A stretch of 64,000 nt of DNA from Octopus sinensis (lineage: Eukaryota). The notes beneath the pieces were generated by a model. It was not told the origin of the DNA, made no database searches, and saw only the letters and a list, made by a program, of their open reading frames with translations. Below are positions 27,521 to 41,273 of the stretch, one piece after another. Location of the stretch: positions 27,342,001 through 27,406,000 of the forward strand of contig NC_043008.1 in NCBI RefSeq assembly GCF_006345805.1, read 5' to 3'. The stretch's first letter is position 1, and every line of letters begins with the position of its first letter. A program made the translations under genes and the position numbers.

Positions 27521-27834
27521 AGTAAAATAAAACAAGGTTTATGCAATTCTCAATAGTAATTACCTGAGGTACAAAGTATTAATGTCAATAATAGGTTTTA
27601 TCCGATGTTGTCACCGTTAAAGATGTTAAAAAACAGTCTTTGTCTTTGCAGTCACGTTCAATTGTCAGTACTTATCTGAAACACGTTGAACCTGAACATG
27701 TATAAATTTGGGTAGAAATGGCCTGCAGGTACTCCCTTCTGTTAATAAATACATTTAACAAAAATTCTATCAGATGACGTGAATATAAGCAAATGTATTG
27801 AAGCAAAGCCGGAAATCACTCACAGTTTAATTAT

Positions 27835-28330
27835 CTAGAGCTTCCAAATATACAATGTTTTGAGTGTATCCTTTAATTGGTGTATGAAGGAAAAGATTTT
27901 GGGGTCTTTCAAATCACGAATATCCTGCATATAATTCCCCAAGAGAGAAGCAAGGTGAAGTCCAATAACCATGAGATACTGTTTTGAGACTTGTTTATTG
28001 ACATAGCGAAATGGAAACTGGATCCGTTTAAATTCAAAGACGAGGTCATATGGGATCAACAGGATCTGTGGAATGAAGACGTCCTCACTCTTATAGTTAC
28101 CAGTCATAATTGTTGCCTCTAGAACATGGGACCGCATTAATTTCACCACCATTCTAGAGCCATTGCACAAACGAGGAAAATCCAGATTCATGAGCAGCAT
28201 GATTTAGGCCCCTTTTAAAGTGTTAATTGCTGAAGTAGCATCCCTGACGGCTGTAGAGAGTTCTGGAACTCAGAAGGAAAAACTCCTGATCAATCACAGT
28301 GTCAAGGGATTTGAATTACTGTTCTTGTCC
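27835..28330 (-). mobile_element. Helitron PIF1-like helicase C-terminal fragment, degenerate
   Basis: MLLMNLDFPRLCNGSRMVVK...EATIMTG...EDVFIPQILLIP..FEFKRIQFP matches the MLLRNL..LCNGTR...FIPRI..FKRLQFP signature. Confidence 0.8.
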
Positions 28331-28479
28331 GGGCAACAGCTACAAGAGAGCCCAGTTGATTTTGTTGATAGCATCATTATGTGGAGCTAAGATGGCTCGC
28401 TCACATAGCCATTGACTGTTGCTAAAGTTTTGTGCAACGTCTGAGAGCACATTCATTATGAGATCATTGACAATTGTTG

Positions 28480-29700
28480 CAATCTTACCACATGCTTTCT
28501 ACCCCCACCCGAATTTGGCTGATGATAACTTTCAGAAAAATAGATATTTTTTAGTGAAATTTTCTACGTATATGTGCTATATTATGCAAATGTTGACTAT
28601 ACAACACTTTGAGGGAAAGGTGTTTTAGATGGGTGTGAGGAGGATTTTCGTAAAATTTACCGGAGTCTAATTCAATTCGTATTAACTTTCAGGAAAATGG
28701 ATGTATATTAATGAATTTGTCTACAAATATACCTTGTACTAAGTAGATTCCAAGCATATAGGATTTGGAGGGAAACTATTAGGGGCTACTTTTGCGAATT
28801 GTTTCCCACTGGCGGTGTTTCGGAACAAGTCGACCATATTTGTTTCAGTTTCTACGTTTCATGCGTTTGTGCATCCGTATATAACCCTTAACCCTAGTTG
28901 TAAAATTTCTAAAAGTAGATTTTTCTTGCATATTCAGGATCTCCGTTAGAAACAAGATCGGATTTTGTAGAAATAAAAAAGCATAGAGAGCTGGCATGCT
29001 TATTCTCAGTGTCCTCATACACACATATATATAGTGAAAAAAGTTCAAACGGGAAATTGTTCCATTCAATATCATGCTTATTATAGAGATTATGTAACAA
29101 ATTATATTTTACACTTCTATATCTAACAGTGCGTGTATATTGCTTATTTTCGCTTCTGGTGTCTTCTGCGTTTCTGTTAGAACCGTTACCTGGGAATATA
29201 CTTAAATTGAAAAAACAAAATCATATGCAAGAGATAAGTCGTCTTAATAGCATATCTATGTGTACCATACATTTAGCTGTTATTTTTAGCATGAGTTTTC
29301 TGGAGAGGTCTTCATTTCCCTTCATTGCCTGTTGATTCAGTAGAAATCTACAGATGCACAAACGCACAAAACAGAGAAAATGTAGCAAATCTGGACAATT
29401 TGTTCCGAAACACCCCCGAGTAGGGAACAGTTCTCAAAATTAACCCCCATTCATTTTACCCTATAATTATATATGATCGGAATCTACATAGTAGACAATA
29501 TTATTAAAAAATATCTAATTGAAGTGGACTCTGGGTAATTTTCCGAAAACTCTTCACCACCCCTCATAAAACGCTTTCCCCCAGATATTTTGTATATTCT
29601 GAATTTACATTATATAACACATATTCGTCATAAATTTCATTTGAAAAATGTCCGTTTTTTTCTGAAAGCTATCATCCAAAGTCGTGGGTGGGACAGAAAT
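28480..29700. repeat. Old diverged inverted duplication (arms ~28480-28870 and ~29340-29700)
   Basis: Shared blocks in opposite orientation, e.g. GGTGTTTCGGAACAA/TTGTTCCGAAACACC, GGAATCTAC, TTTTCTGAAAG(T/C)TATCATC, TGCGTTTGTGCATC. Confidence 0.7.
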
Positions 29701-30991
29701 CTGTAGTCATGCTACTTTAGCAACTGAGTAATTAAATGAAATCTCCGTATGATTTTTTCTCTCTCTCTCACACACACTCTCACATAGGTATATACTTTAC
29801 ACAAATAGAAAGCTGGAGAAAAATATAAAAAATGAAAATAACTTCAGAAATTCTTTTTTATATGAAGTCGTCACAACCGTAATGATATATGCTTACGTGT
29901 GTGTGTATAAATACCTGGTCACTTAATTACTATGTTGACATTGGCAAAACAGTTAAATGAATGCGTGAATAAGTCGATTTGCACCAAGATTAATCACATA
30001 GGAATTAGATGTAAAATATCAAGTCTTAATAAGGCTATCTCTTTTCAAAATGTTCGAAATATATACTAAAAAATCAATGTACAATATGCACTATCTCATT
30101 AAAATACTTGAGAAATAAGCGTCTATCTCCGTATAAAAATTGTTTCTACCATGAAAGTACCTTTAGAAATTCCTGTTTATCAGAAATCGTCACAACTGTA
30201 AAAATGTATACATACGCGCGCGCGCGTGTAAATAATTGCTAGTTAGGACGCCAAAGACAGGAAGTTCAAACACAGGAAGTTGACGAAAGGATTTGAAGAA
30301 GAGAATCTTTATATATGGAGCAATATTATTTATTCTTAATTTAAAAAAAATAATAAATCAAGATCATATTATTCTTTACGACGTCAAATTATTCATGTTC
30401 TCCGAGTATGGTACAGATTGATCCAGATATTTGGGCGTGCATTGAGGACACACACATGCAGGGTATTTTATATATTAAGATATCTAAATTATTTGAAAAA
30501 CATCATGCACGAATACGTTTACTTATTTGAGGCTGGCGTTGAAATTCCTTTCAATAGCTGCAAGACAGGAATTCTGTTTTGCATAGCCCTGTGGCTTCAA
30601 GCTACAACGAAGACGTTTTCATATCTCTGTGACATTACTGTACTTTTAATTCGACAAAGAATCAACTTAACAGTTATTTTATTTTCAGCAGGATTCTCCA
30701 GGGATATATAACTCAAAATCTTTAGGCTAAAATCAAAGTGTACCTATTGTAGAATAATGGAATGTTAATTAATTGATTTTAATTATCAGAATGCTGAGAA
30801 TTATCACAATAACAAGGTAAATTTCATTCGTATTTCGTCTTTAACATCACGTATAATTAATATATGATAGCACATACAATCAATAATTTTCCCTATCGCT
30901 TGTATATTAAAGAATAACAGACAGCTAATGCCAAAGGAAGGCCATTCCGATGAATACTATTCTAACATATTCAAGTCTTATGTGAAGTCAT

Positions 30992-31111
<120 letters not shown>

Positions 31112-33320
31112 CCTACCTACTTATCTCTCTATCTATGTGTGTGTTTTGTGTGTGTGTATGTTCATGTTATGTGTGTGTGTGACTTTCAAGATGATTGCCA
31201 TCTTTTTTGTTTTTTGTACACTTATACAAATCATTTGGAAATAATTATCTCTAAACAATGTTCTCGTTTCATATGAAATATCTAAAAAGAATGAAAGGAA
31301 ATATAACAAAAAATTGAAAGGATATAACTGTTCAATACTTGACTGCTTAGAGTTTGGTTTATTTCTAATAGGTTTGTAAATATACAAAAACAATAATTTT
31401 GTGTTAGAAAGACAGCGTACAACATATTTGTTCGATTAGTTGTTGTTTACTCAAAAATAGACTGATATATTAATTTACATTACAATTATATATTGGGTAG
31501 CGTAACAGTATTTTAATTGTTGTTTATTGTCTAGACATTTATAATATTCCTGACATTTGTTTTTCACAATGTACCCTATTACAAATACAATATAAATGTT
31601 TTTGAAAATCATTATAGCTATACACATTATGTAGCATATTGTTTATATGTTGTTATTCATACTTAAACAGTCTGGTTAAAAGCGTGTGTAGTGGCGATTG
31701 AAGCGAGTCAAAAATTATATTCATCCTGAAAAAATAAATGTATCTTTGACAATAACGTACGAATTTTCTAGTATTTTGAACTGCAAAATTTGCTTCAGGG
31801 TAGAGAAACATTAAATAGATTTCTTATAAATTCTTTTATTTGATTCTCGGATATGACACCGCTCACAGAGTGTTATCGTATTCAAGGGACTGGTTGGCTT
31901 TGAATCTCTGCATTATTTGCTTTTCTCTAGTAATTAATTTTTCCTGTATATTTCAAGAATGGAAGAACAATTTGGTGTGAAATGATACATTCCGACGAAA
32001 TGTTTTTCTTATAAAATGTAAAAACACAAACTCATATTAAACTTAAGCGCTATTTTTATTGTCTTATTATTTATACATCCTGGTGCCCCTAAAGAAAAAG
32101 TAACCCACCAACTACTTTTCTAGTTTATTTGCTAGTTTATTCACTTGCTCATCGACTTCAAGCTTTACATTGCAACATAGTATGATTCTAATTTATTAAG
32201 CCTTCTTTCCTCCTCTCGGGGCCTTGCTTTTCCGCCTTCCCTTCTTTTATTTTATGTTTTTGCATCCACTCTGATGAAGTTCCATGTACTAGATCGGATG
32301 GGCTATAAGGATGGCGAATATTACTCTCATAATTTTCTTTGGCGGCACCTACTGACATTGGAAGCAGAAACGGTTGTAAGCAATGTTTGGTTATTGGATT
32401 ACACAATATTTAACCGACGGTAGTCAATTTGTCTTTTGATCAAAAGTTTGTCTTTATTTTCTGCTCATTTTTAATTTGATTCCTGATAAACTCTTGTTTA
32501 TTTTGTTTTTACCTGTATCCTACGTGTATAGTATGCTTGCGTATCAATGCCCACGGTTAACATAGTTAATTTATACCGGTAGTAATAACGGATATTCTAA
32601 CAACTTAGACGGTTATTCCAACTGCTAGCACTATCTACCAATATATATATATATATTATCAATAATAATAAAGGGTAAAATTAATTAATTAATTAATAAT
32701 TAAAAATTTTACCAAGTAGTTCGGCATGTTAAAAGAACTATTATCGGTAAACTTAAACAAATGTTTTTATAATTATGAGTATAATTATAATTAGTTTTCA
32801 AGAAAATATTTGCTTCACCACATACCGAAGTTTAGAAATAGCAGTTAAAACTAGGTATTTCTCTACCATTGAAACTTATTGGAGATTTTCTTATGGTAGA
32901 GAATAATTAGATTAAACTGTTATTTCGAAATTCTGGTATGTGGTAAAGCAAAGCTTTTGCTAAACACTAATTATAATTATACTTATAATTATAAACCTAA
33001 TACATATAAATATAAATATAAATATATTGTGTTTTTACTCTTTATCTTATATTAAACTTTTAATACTTTTTGATAGTTTAAAGTAAAAAATAAATAAATA
33101 AATAATTAAATAAAATAATAATAAATATATATATATATTTAAAATTTATTAGTTTAATTTATTAATTTAAATAATTTTTTAAAATTTTAACTTTAATTTG
33201 AATATTTTAATTGGATTTTTATATTTTATATTTTATATTTTTTAATTAATTTTATTTCTATGCATTGGCTTATGATTTTCACTGTTTGATTTGCCTAATA
33301 GTGGTTTTATCTCTGATTTA

Positions 33321-33394
<74 letters not shown>

Positions 33395-33440
33395 GGTGAG
33401 AGAGCTGGTGTGTGAAAGTACGTGGCTGGATATATAGAAA

Positions 33441-34599
33441 ATAGAAAAGAGTGAAAAAACTACAGAAGGCTTGTTTTATAAGGTTAAACAATATTTTTAA
33501 GTCGTTACGTTAGAAGAATGTTATAAAATTTTTCATATAGTAACATAGTTTTTGAAGAAATTACCGATTTCGTGTTAACTTTTCAAATTTCTCAAATGTC
33601 TTTACCAACATCGTGTTTTGTCTTCGTTATGCAGTGCAAAGATGAGTTCCAGGCAGGGGGAGGTAATAAGCGATTTCTTCCGGTATAAGGGAGATAATCG
33701 CTTTATATTTATTTTTCCTTATTTGATGGGATAAGATTCTCTGTATAGTAATGTTTGAATGGTTAAGTTCAGGCTTATAATTTTCAATGAAGAATGTTTC
33801 CTTGTTTAATCTAATTAGTGTTGGTGTTCCAATAGCATATTGATAGAATGGAAAGATTAAAAATTGTGGTAGTTGTTGCTTTGCGCATTTCTCAATATGC
33901 TCAATAAAGGGCATCATTCTGTATTCTGGGAATGCAATCTGTTGTCGATGCAGAGTGCATCTACGTCTGAGTGATAATCCCGTGGACCCCACGTAGTTTT
34001 GGTGGCAGCCAAAGCACCGTATGACATATATTATGTTTTCAGAAGCACACATAAAATTAGATCTGATCTTGAATTTTTGTCCCTCTTTGAAAAGGAATTC
34101 TTATCCTTCTAGAAGTTTTGGGGCATGTTGCGCACTTTGGTCTACCACATTTTTTTTTACTTTTGCATCCGTAATTTCAGAAAACAATTTTGCCTTTGTG
34201 AAAATCTTTTTAAGTGATTAAGGTTGTTTGAAGCTTTTAATGATTTTATGTATGTTTAGAATTTTCTTTAATTTGGGGTCCTTACGAAGTATTGTTAAAT
34301 TCTGGGTGATGATGGTGAAGTTTTCTTTGTTTCTGGGGTTGTATGTGGATATGTAAGGCAGTATTTTCGGAGAATGTGTGTTGTTGTGTTGAACTTTTCT
34401 ATGTCCATTTCTGTTGCACGTCTGATCCCATCCTCTATGAGTTGAACTGGGTAGTGTCTGTCACTTAGGGTGTTTTTGAGTTCTTGTAGTCTAAAGTTCC
34501 TGGTATTTTGTTCTGACACTATTCTTCTAACATAACAATTTAAATATATTCTTTAACCTTATAAAACAAGCCTTCTGTACTTTTTTCACTCTTTTCTAT
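33441..34599 (-). mobile_element. PLE 3' fragment with GIY-YIG, bracketed by ~79-bp inverted repeats
   Basis: CASENIIYVIRCFGCHQNYVGSTG..LRRRCTLHRQQI and RLQELKNTLSDRHYP. 33441-33519 is approximately the reverse complement of 34521-34599. Confidence 0.8.
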
Positions 34600-34634
34600 C
34601 TACTGTATATATATATATATATAATATATATATA

Positions 34635-34664
<30 letters not shown>

Positions 34665-34665
<1 letters not shown>

Positions 34666-34847
34666 GTTAATCCAAACATGAAAACACAAAGAGAGAACAC
34701 AACAATGCGAGGATGTGGAACAAGTATAGTGTTATTGGGCGCTAAGGAAAGGAAAGAAAGAAGGAGGATGTAACCTTTCGAGCGGAAGGGAAGACGGAAG
34801 AAAAAATCGCCAACGATACACGCGCGGTCACATTTTGAATATATACG

Positions 34848-34878
<31 letters not shown>

Positions 34879-35183
34879 GCACACACACATACACACACAC
34901 ACACACATACACATATACACACACACACACACATATATATATACTTTTTTAATTGCTTCACTCATTTGACAGCGGCCATGCCGGAGAACCGCCTTTAGTC
35001 GAAGAAATCTAGCCCGAGACTTATTCGTTGTAAACCAAGTAAATATTCTATCGGTTGCTTTTGGTGAACAGCTAATTTACAGGGTGCTAAACACACCAGC
35101 ATCAGTTGTCAAGCGATGTAGGTGAACAATCAGAGACACACAAACATTCACATGCCACACACACACTCTCACACACACACATA

Positions 35184-35263
<80 letters not shown>

Positions 35264-35285
35264 CACGACGGGCTTCTTTCAATAT
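34665..35285. mobile_element. pLTR remnant (34665-34830, half HHR GCTCGAAAG on minus) followed by a SINE fragment (34950-35285)
   Basis: Similar to the other pLTRs and SINE copies in this window. Confidence 0.55.
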
Positions 35286-35378
35286 ATATAGTGACATTTT
35301 ACAGAAAATACAAAAGACGAAGACGGGTGTGTAAACAACAAACAGATGTATTAGTTTAACGCTCGGAAATGAGAAAGT

Positions 35379-35414
35379 CTGTTACGTTTCCAACCTACGC
35401 TCCTCGACAGAGAG
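35379..35414 (-). ncRNA. Minimal PLE-type HHR, variant/degenerate
   Basis: CTCT-CTGTCGA-G-GAGC-GTAG-GTTG-GAAACGT-A-ACAG; palindromic ACGT stem III. Confidence 0.5.
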
Positions 35415-38400
35415 GAACACAGAAATAAGCAGGGAGCGAAAATAGAGAAAAGTATAGTGGCTAGTGATCTATCATGGCGAATGCCGGACAGAGGATACAC
35501 ACAGGAGAGCTACGAAGAAGGGGAGATAATAAACTAGTGGGGATTTCAAAAGGAAGTTGAGCGTTCGCGTGTATGTGAAAGCGTGTATGTGCGTGTGGAA
35601 GGGGGCTGGTGACATTGACGTGCACGTGCGTGCGTTTGTAGTTGTGTGGATGATAGTGTAGGTGCTGGCAAATGGTTAGTGGTAGTCTGTGTGCTGGTGT
35701 GGGTACTGGGAAGTGCTAGTGTGCGTGGGATGGTATGATCTGGTGTGGTGTTGCATAATCTGGTTTGGTGTGGTGGTGTGTGGTATGGTTGTGTGTGATG
35801 TAGTGGCTGGTGTGTGGTATGGTGAGGTGTGGCATGGGGATGTGTGGTGTGGTGTAGTGTGGTGTAGTGTGTGGTGTGGTGGTGCGAGGTGTGGGGCTAG
35901 GTTGTGGGGAAGGCGAGTGTTGGAAGCAAGTGTGGGATCTAAGGGATGAGGTGGATTGGGATGGGATGTATAGAGATGGTTGGGTCCGACTGTGTAGGGG
36001 ATGGGTAATGAGGGAAGAGGTGACGATGAAGGGAGAGGGAGGAAGAGAGAAGGTGGATAGGAGTGAAGAGAGGAAGTAGGTGCTAGAGCAAGCGAGTAGA
36101 TGTAGGTGGGAGGAAGTAGGTGTGAGAGGAAGAGAAGAGAGAGGAGCAGGGTTAGATGAAGAGGGGAGGAGGGTTGAGCTCATGTGGCGCAAAGAAGCGA
36201 AGAGAGAAGATTAGTCCCCACTCACGGCGAAGACGTGATGGCCCCTGTGCAAGGACAATCCGAACACAGATATGTGTTATAAATGTTTACCGGTAGAGCG
36301 GAAATGGCACGGGACTGGGCTGTCGTCGCCGAGTCAGATGTCTCGGAGGTGTTCCATGAATCGGTCACCGAAGCCACGTCCCGTTTGACCGATGTATAGA
36401 CAAGGACAGAGAGAACAGGAGGTGCAGTAGATGACCTTACTAGAAGAGCAGGTGAAGGAGTCAGTGATATGAGAGGGTCGATGGTGGGTGCCTGTGAGTA
36501 GGTTGGGTTAGGGAAAAAGCTGTGGACCAAGAGGTCTCAGGTTGTGGGCTCGTTTGAAGGAGGGGAGGGGTTGGTTACGGAAGATGTGCGAAGTAGAGTG
36601 GTCGGACTGGAGTCGCCGGAAGGTTCGGAGAATGGTGCGCTAGAGATATAGGTGGTGGGGTGGTAGGTGATGTGAATTGGGAGACGGCTTGCGGTGGGTG
36701 GGTGCGGGAGTAGAGAGCAGTTGCATGGTTCCCTGAACGTGCTCTGAAAGGGCGGTGTGGATAGTGGTGAGGGGATATCCACGTAGGATGAAATGGCAAG
36801 CCATGAGTTGAGACTGAGTCTGAAAGTCATGGCTTGTCACAGCAGAGCCTGCGTAGACGGAGGAATTTGGAATAGGGATGGAGGGTTGGTGTGTATAGGG
36901 TGGGAGGAGAAGTTGATGTATGAATATAAGTCTCTGTGTTTGTATTGGATGGAGGTGGTGAGAGTGGATTGATGAATGCTGACCGAAATGTCGAAAAAGG
37001 TGATTGAGGTGTTGGAAAGAGTGCAGGAGAAGTGGAGGGAAGGAGAGAAAGGTTTGACAAAAGAGAGGAAAGAGTCTAGATGTTTGTGGTAGCGTGAGAT
37101 CGCACCGATACAGTCGTCAATATAACGACCGTATAATTCAGGAGTGGGACCAGTCAAATTTGAGAATATTTGGGTCTCAACTTAGCCAACGTACAGGTTC
37201 GCATAGTTGTGGCCCATTCTCGTAGCCATGGCCACTCCCGAGATCTTCTGGTAAAAATCACCTGTGAAGGAGAAGTTGAGAGGACAAGTTTGGCCAGACG
37301 AAGGTGTGTGGATGTGTCAGGTTGGGTGTTGGGTCGAAGTTCAAAGAAATGTTGGAGTGCACGCAGCCCCTCGTGGTGAGGGATCGCCGTGTATAGACGC
37401 TTAATGTCAAAAGTGAAGAGAAGTTTAGAGGGGCCAGAAGGGAAGGAGAAAAATTGAACAAACGAAGAGCATAGTTGGTGACAGTGATGTGAGAGGGGAA
37501 CGAAGCCGCTAGGGGCAAAGACAGGCTCAATGTAATTGAAGATGAATTTGGTGGTGCAGTTGCAAGCAGAGACGATGGAGAGGCCAGGGTTGTTAGGTTT
37601 ATGGATTTGGGGGTGGAAGTAAATTGTGGGAGTGCGAGGGGTGCGAACAATGAGGTTACAGGTGGGGGAGAGGGCGGAGACGATGAGGTCATGGATAGTG
37701 GAGGGCACAGTCTGTTGGCTGATGGGCGTGGGTTGGAGGGCAGAGGGCAGTAGAAGCAGGTGTCTTGAAGTTGGGGGAGAGCTTCCGCCATGTAGAAGTC
37801 CGCGTGTCACACTACCACAGCTCCACCCTTGTTGGCCGGTTTTATAATGATGTCCGTGTGGCGTCGGAGACATGAATGGGCCGAGAGTTCAGTTGGGGAC
37901 TCGTGTACAAGTCTACAGCACGCTAGCAGGCGCACGCCAAAAAATCGAGAGCTCGGAACTGGCCAGGAGCTGGCGTCCACAAGGATGGTCGGCGGCCTAG
38001 GTCGGTGAAGCAGTCCTCTGCATTAGATGCTGGTGGAGTGTCGTGGAAAAGCACACACAACCTAATGCATTACACAAAGCTGTGGATATCGGCACGAGTC
38101 CGAAATTCGTTGCTGGATGAAACGCAGACCCCTACTGAGGAGGGAGTGCTCCACCTCAGAGAGGGGAAGATCTGGATGTAAGAGGGATGGTGCGGTGGTG
38201 GAAGGCTGGGAAGGAGGGGATGAGGGGCATGTGGTTGGAGTGTACGGAGGGACGGGGAATTTGGTGAGGGCGGGGAGCTTATCAGGGATGGAGAAGGTAG
38301 TAGGAGCATATTAGGGAGGGAGAGAAAAAAGGGGAGGAGTTGGAGTAGTGACATCGGGTGTGATGGAAGGGAGGAGTGAGTGGAGTTTACATTGTTTGGT

Positions 38401-39444
38401 GCGAGGACGAAATTGGTGAAAGAAATGATTTAAGTAAATTATGTAACGTAGTGTTAGCATGGGTGGGCGACAGAGGGGAGAATATGGAACAAGCCAGAGA
38501 GTGAAGGCGGTCGATGGTGTGTATTTTGGAGAAATTAGAACGAATGGTGGCTCACATAAGGCGGTAGTATGTAGTACAGAATATGGTTTGGATGGTTGAA
38601 GCAGAGTGGAGAATGAGAACTGAAACCTTCGTGGGTGAGGCGGTGATGAAGGCAGCGAGTGAGAAAGGAAAGGTGGCGAGTGAGAAAGGAAAGGTAGGGA
38701 AAGGTTAATAGAAAGTTGAAAGCAGCGGAAACGTTATTTTAGGCGGTGGTGAAGGTGGAAGGGGAATGGTTTGTAATCAAGCATGATTGAAAAACGAGAA
38801 GAAAAGAGAAATGAGAAAAAGGCAAAAAGAGGGGGAGAGAGAAAGACAAGAAAGTCGCGGGATAGAAAATTCAAAAGGTGAGGGGAGAAAAAATGTAAAT
38901 GACGTGAGGATAAAAAACGCAAAAGGCGTGAGGAAAAAAATAGAAGAGATGAGAAAAAATATAAAAAAGGAGAGAATGTAGGAGGAAGAAGGAAGAAAGA
39001 AAGAGAAAGGGGAAGAAAGGGAGAAGAGAAGACAAAAGGGAAGAAGAAAGGGAGGGTGGGAGAGGCAAGATAACAAGTGCAGATTGAGGGAGACAATAGG
39101 AAAAAGCAGAAGGTACAAAAAGTTTATAAAAGTTCAAAAGGTTCAAACGTCGTGGCATATTGGACAGATATCTCAATAAACGAAGTGTCTAGTGTAATCC
39201 ATAGGTAGAAGAGGTGCAGCCTAAGTGTAGGAATCCAGGAGTAGAAGAATAGAAGAAATTCCAGGTAGAGAATCCAGGTAGAATAATCCATGAATACTTC
39301 GAAGTTTAGGTGGAGACAGGAAAACACTGGTGCGACCACGTAAAGCTTGTAATATATAGTTACAATTTACAAAAAAGAAAAACCAGGAAGAGGTCTGTGT
39401 AAACAAACAGATCTATTAGTTAAACGCTCGGGAAGTGAGAAAGT

Positions 39445-39480
39445 CTTTTATGTTTCGAGCCTACGCTCTTCAATAGAAAG
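39445..39480 (-). ncRNA. Minimal PLE-type HHR, variant/degenerate
   Basis: CTTT-CTATTGA-A-GAGC-GTAG-GCTC-GAAACAT-A-AAAG; stems I and II pair perfectly, core is non-canonical. Confidence 0.55.
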
Positions 39481-39509
39481 GAAAGCAGAAATAAACAGGG
39501 AGAGATATA

Positions 39510-39882
39510 TATTCTTTTATTCTTTTACTTGTTTCAGTTATTGTTACTGTGGCCATGATGGAGCACCACCTTTAGTCAAGCAAATCGACTCCAGGACTTA
39601 TTTGTTGTGATCCTAGTACTTACTCTATCGAGCACTTTTGCCGAACCTCTGTGTTTTGGAGATGTAAAAGTACCAGCATCGATTGTCAAGCTGGGACACA
39701 CAAACATATACACACACATATATTCATATATACATAACGGGCTTCTTTCAGTTTCCGTTTAACAAATCCACTCATGCTGAGGCTATATTTGAAGAAACCT
39801 GCTGAAGGTGCCACGCAGTGGGTCTGAACACGGGACCACGTGGTTGTGAAGCAAGCTACTTACGACACAGCCGCTCCGGTTC
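39510..39882 (-). mobile_element. tRNA-derived SINE, near full length
   Basis: Minus-strand head GGAGCGGCTGTGTCGTAAGTAGCTTGC...GTGTTCAGACCCACTGCGTGGCACC, with an internal CA/TA tract and 3' body. Confidence 0.8.
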
Positions 39883-40089
39883 CAAATATATATATATATA
39901 CACACGCATTAATCCAGTATATGTACACTACTTGCAAGAAAAAGGAAACCAGTGTTATTTGTCTCGGATAAAAGTTTCATGTAACATGCTAAAAGTCCCC
40001 CAAATCATCGGAGTGGAACAGGGTGATATAGAATGAAAAAGCATCACTATTTTACCATTTCTTACTTGGCGTTACTTCAAATGATCGTA

Positions 40090-40460
40090 ACTTCTTAGCT
40101 TATCAAGATAATCCAAAGCAAAGAAAACCCTCACCGAAGTTTTTACAGTGAAAAGCAACTTCACATGTGCTTCGGTGAACCTGATATACGCACTAACCTG
40201 CTCTGAGTGCCAAGAGCAATACATAGACTAAACAAAAGACAGTCTATGTCAAAGGATGGCTCTGCACAGATCCCAGATCAAAATTTCGAAAATCAGAAAA
40301 ATAGCATTCAGCCAACACATTAAAATTTGCGCCAATAGCAAAAACCCAGCTTCAGAATTTCCCCTCTATCAATTCAGGAACGATATAATCTGTAGCTGAC
40401 GAAATAGTAAAGATTAATTCTTTATCTCAAAATGCAGATCCCTTTTGAATGCATCTACAA
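40090..40460 (+). mobile_element. PLE GIY-YIG endonuclease remnant, not shown in the ORF track
   Basis: My translation: FTVKSNFTCASVNLIYALTCSECQEQYID*TKDSLCQRMALHRSQI...FSQHIKICA, homologous to 33627-34052. Confidence 0.75.
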
Positions 40461-40630
40461 CAATTGACATATCCGCCCCGACCATAGAATAGCACCCACG
40501 CAAATATTAAAAATGATACCTCAAGAATTCATTAAAATAGACCCAATCACTATTATCATCCACCAGAAGTCACTTTCAGGTCACTTGATCTTTTAACATC
40601 CTACTACTATCATACCACTCCCGCATTCAT

Positions 40631-40766
40631 TTCTTCTTCTTCTTCTTCTTCTTCTTCTTCTTCTTCTTCTTCTTCTTCTTCTTCTTCTTCTTCTTCTTCT
40701 TCTTCTTCTTCTTCTTCTTCTTCTTCTTCTTCTTCTTCTTCTTCTTCTTCTTCTTCTTCTTCTTCT
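40631..40766. repeat. (TTC)n microsatellite, ~45 units
   Basis: Directly visible perfect run. Confidence 0.97.
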
Positions 40767-41273
40767 CTGTTACTGCATTCGTTTACTACTGTTGCTGCTT
40801 AAACAATCAAAGACAAGCTTTCATAGCTACCTCGAACCCACAAGAGTAAAAAATATATAGAGAGAGGCAGGTAAAAACAAGGAAAATACCCCTTATATTT
40901 GAATGCTATAGTAATATATATATTTTTCAAACTTTGCTTTTAATTTTTTCATAATTTAATTGTTTTTCATACTAAATTGAAATAGCCTCAGTGACTGAAA
41001 CCGGTACTAAAATATTTTTCATGATAAAATGATCTTATGATTTTCTACCTTCTCTTATTTTCCTTATACATATCAACTAGGGTGTTTCTTTTCAACCTTC
41101 CATACACACACACACACACACACACAAACATACACATATATATATATTAATTAATTTGAAAATGCAGGAGTCTTTTAAAAGTATTTATTAACGCAACCGA
41201 TTTTGCGTATTTTTTGGTTTTCTTGTTGCGGTTGTTGTTCTTTATCTTGTTGTCGTTTTTGTTATTGTTGTTG

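Larger units (their letters stand above)
35310..39500 (-). mobile_element. Near-full-length Penelope-like element (RT plus GIY-YIG) between direct pLTR repeats, frameshifted
   Basis: RT motifs LLFTFDIKRLYTAIPHHEGL and YGRYIDDCIG; FKRAHNL; endonuclease SSKVIYCTSCSLCPCLYIGQTGR (about 36375-36445). Direct repeats at 35310-35450 and 39385-39500. Confidence 0.88.

Noticed and set aside
32265-32320. CTGATGAAGTTCC...GGAT motif
   Set aside because: No GAAA or stem III follows.
40975-41025. AGCC-TCAGT-GACT-GAAACCGGT-A HHR half-motif
   Set aside because: The upstream core and stem I are not recognisable; at most a dead pLTR fragment.
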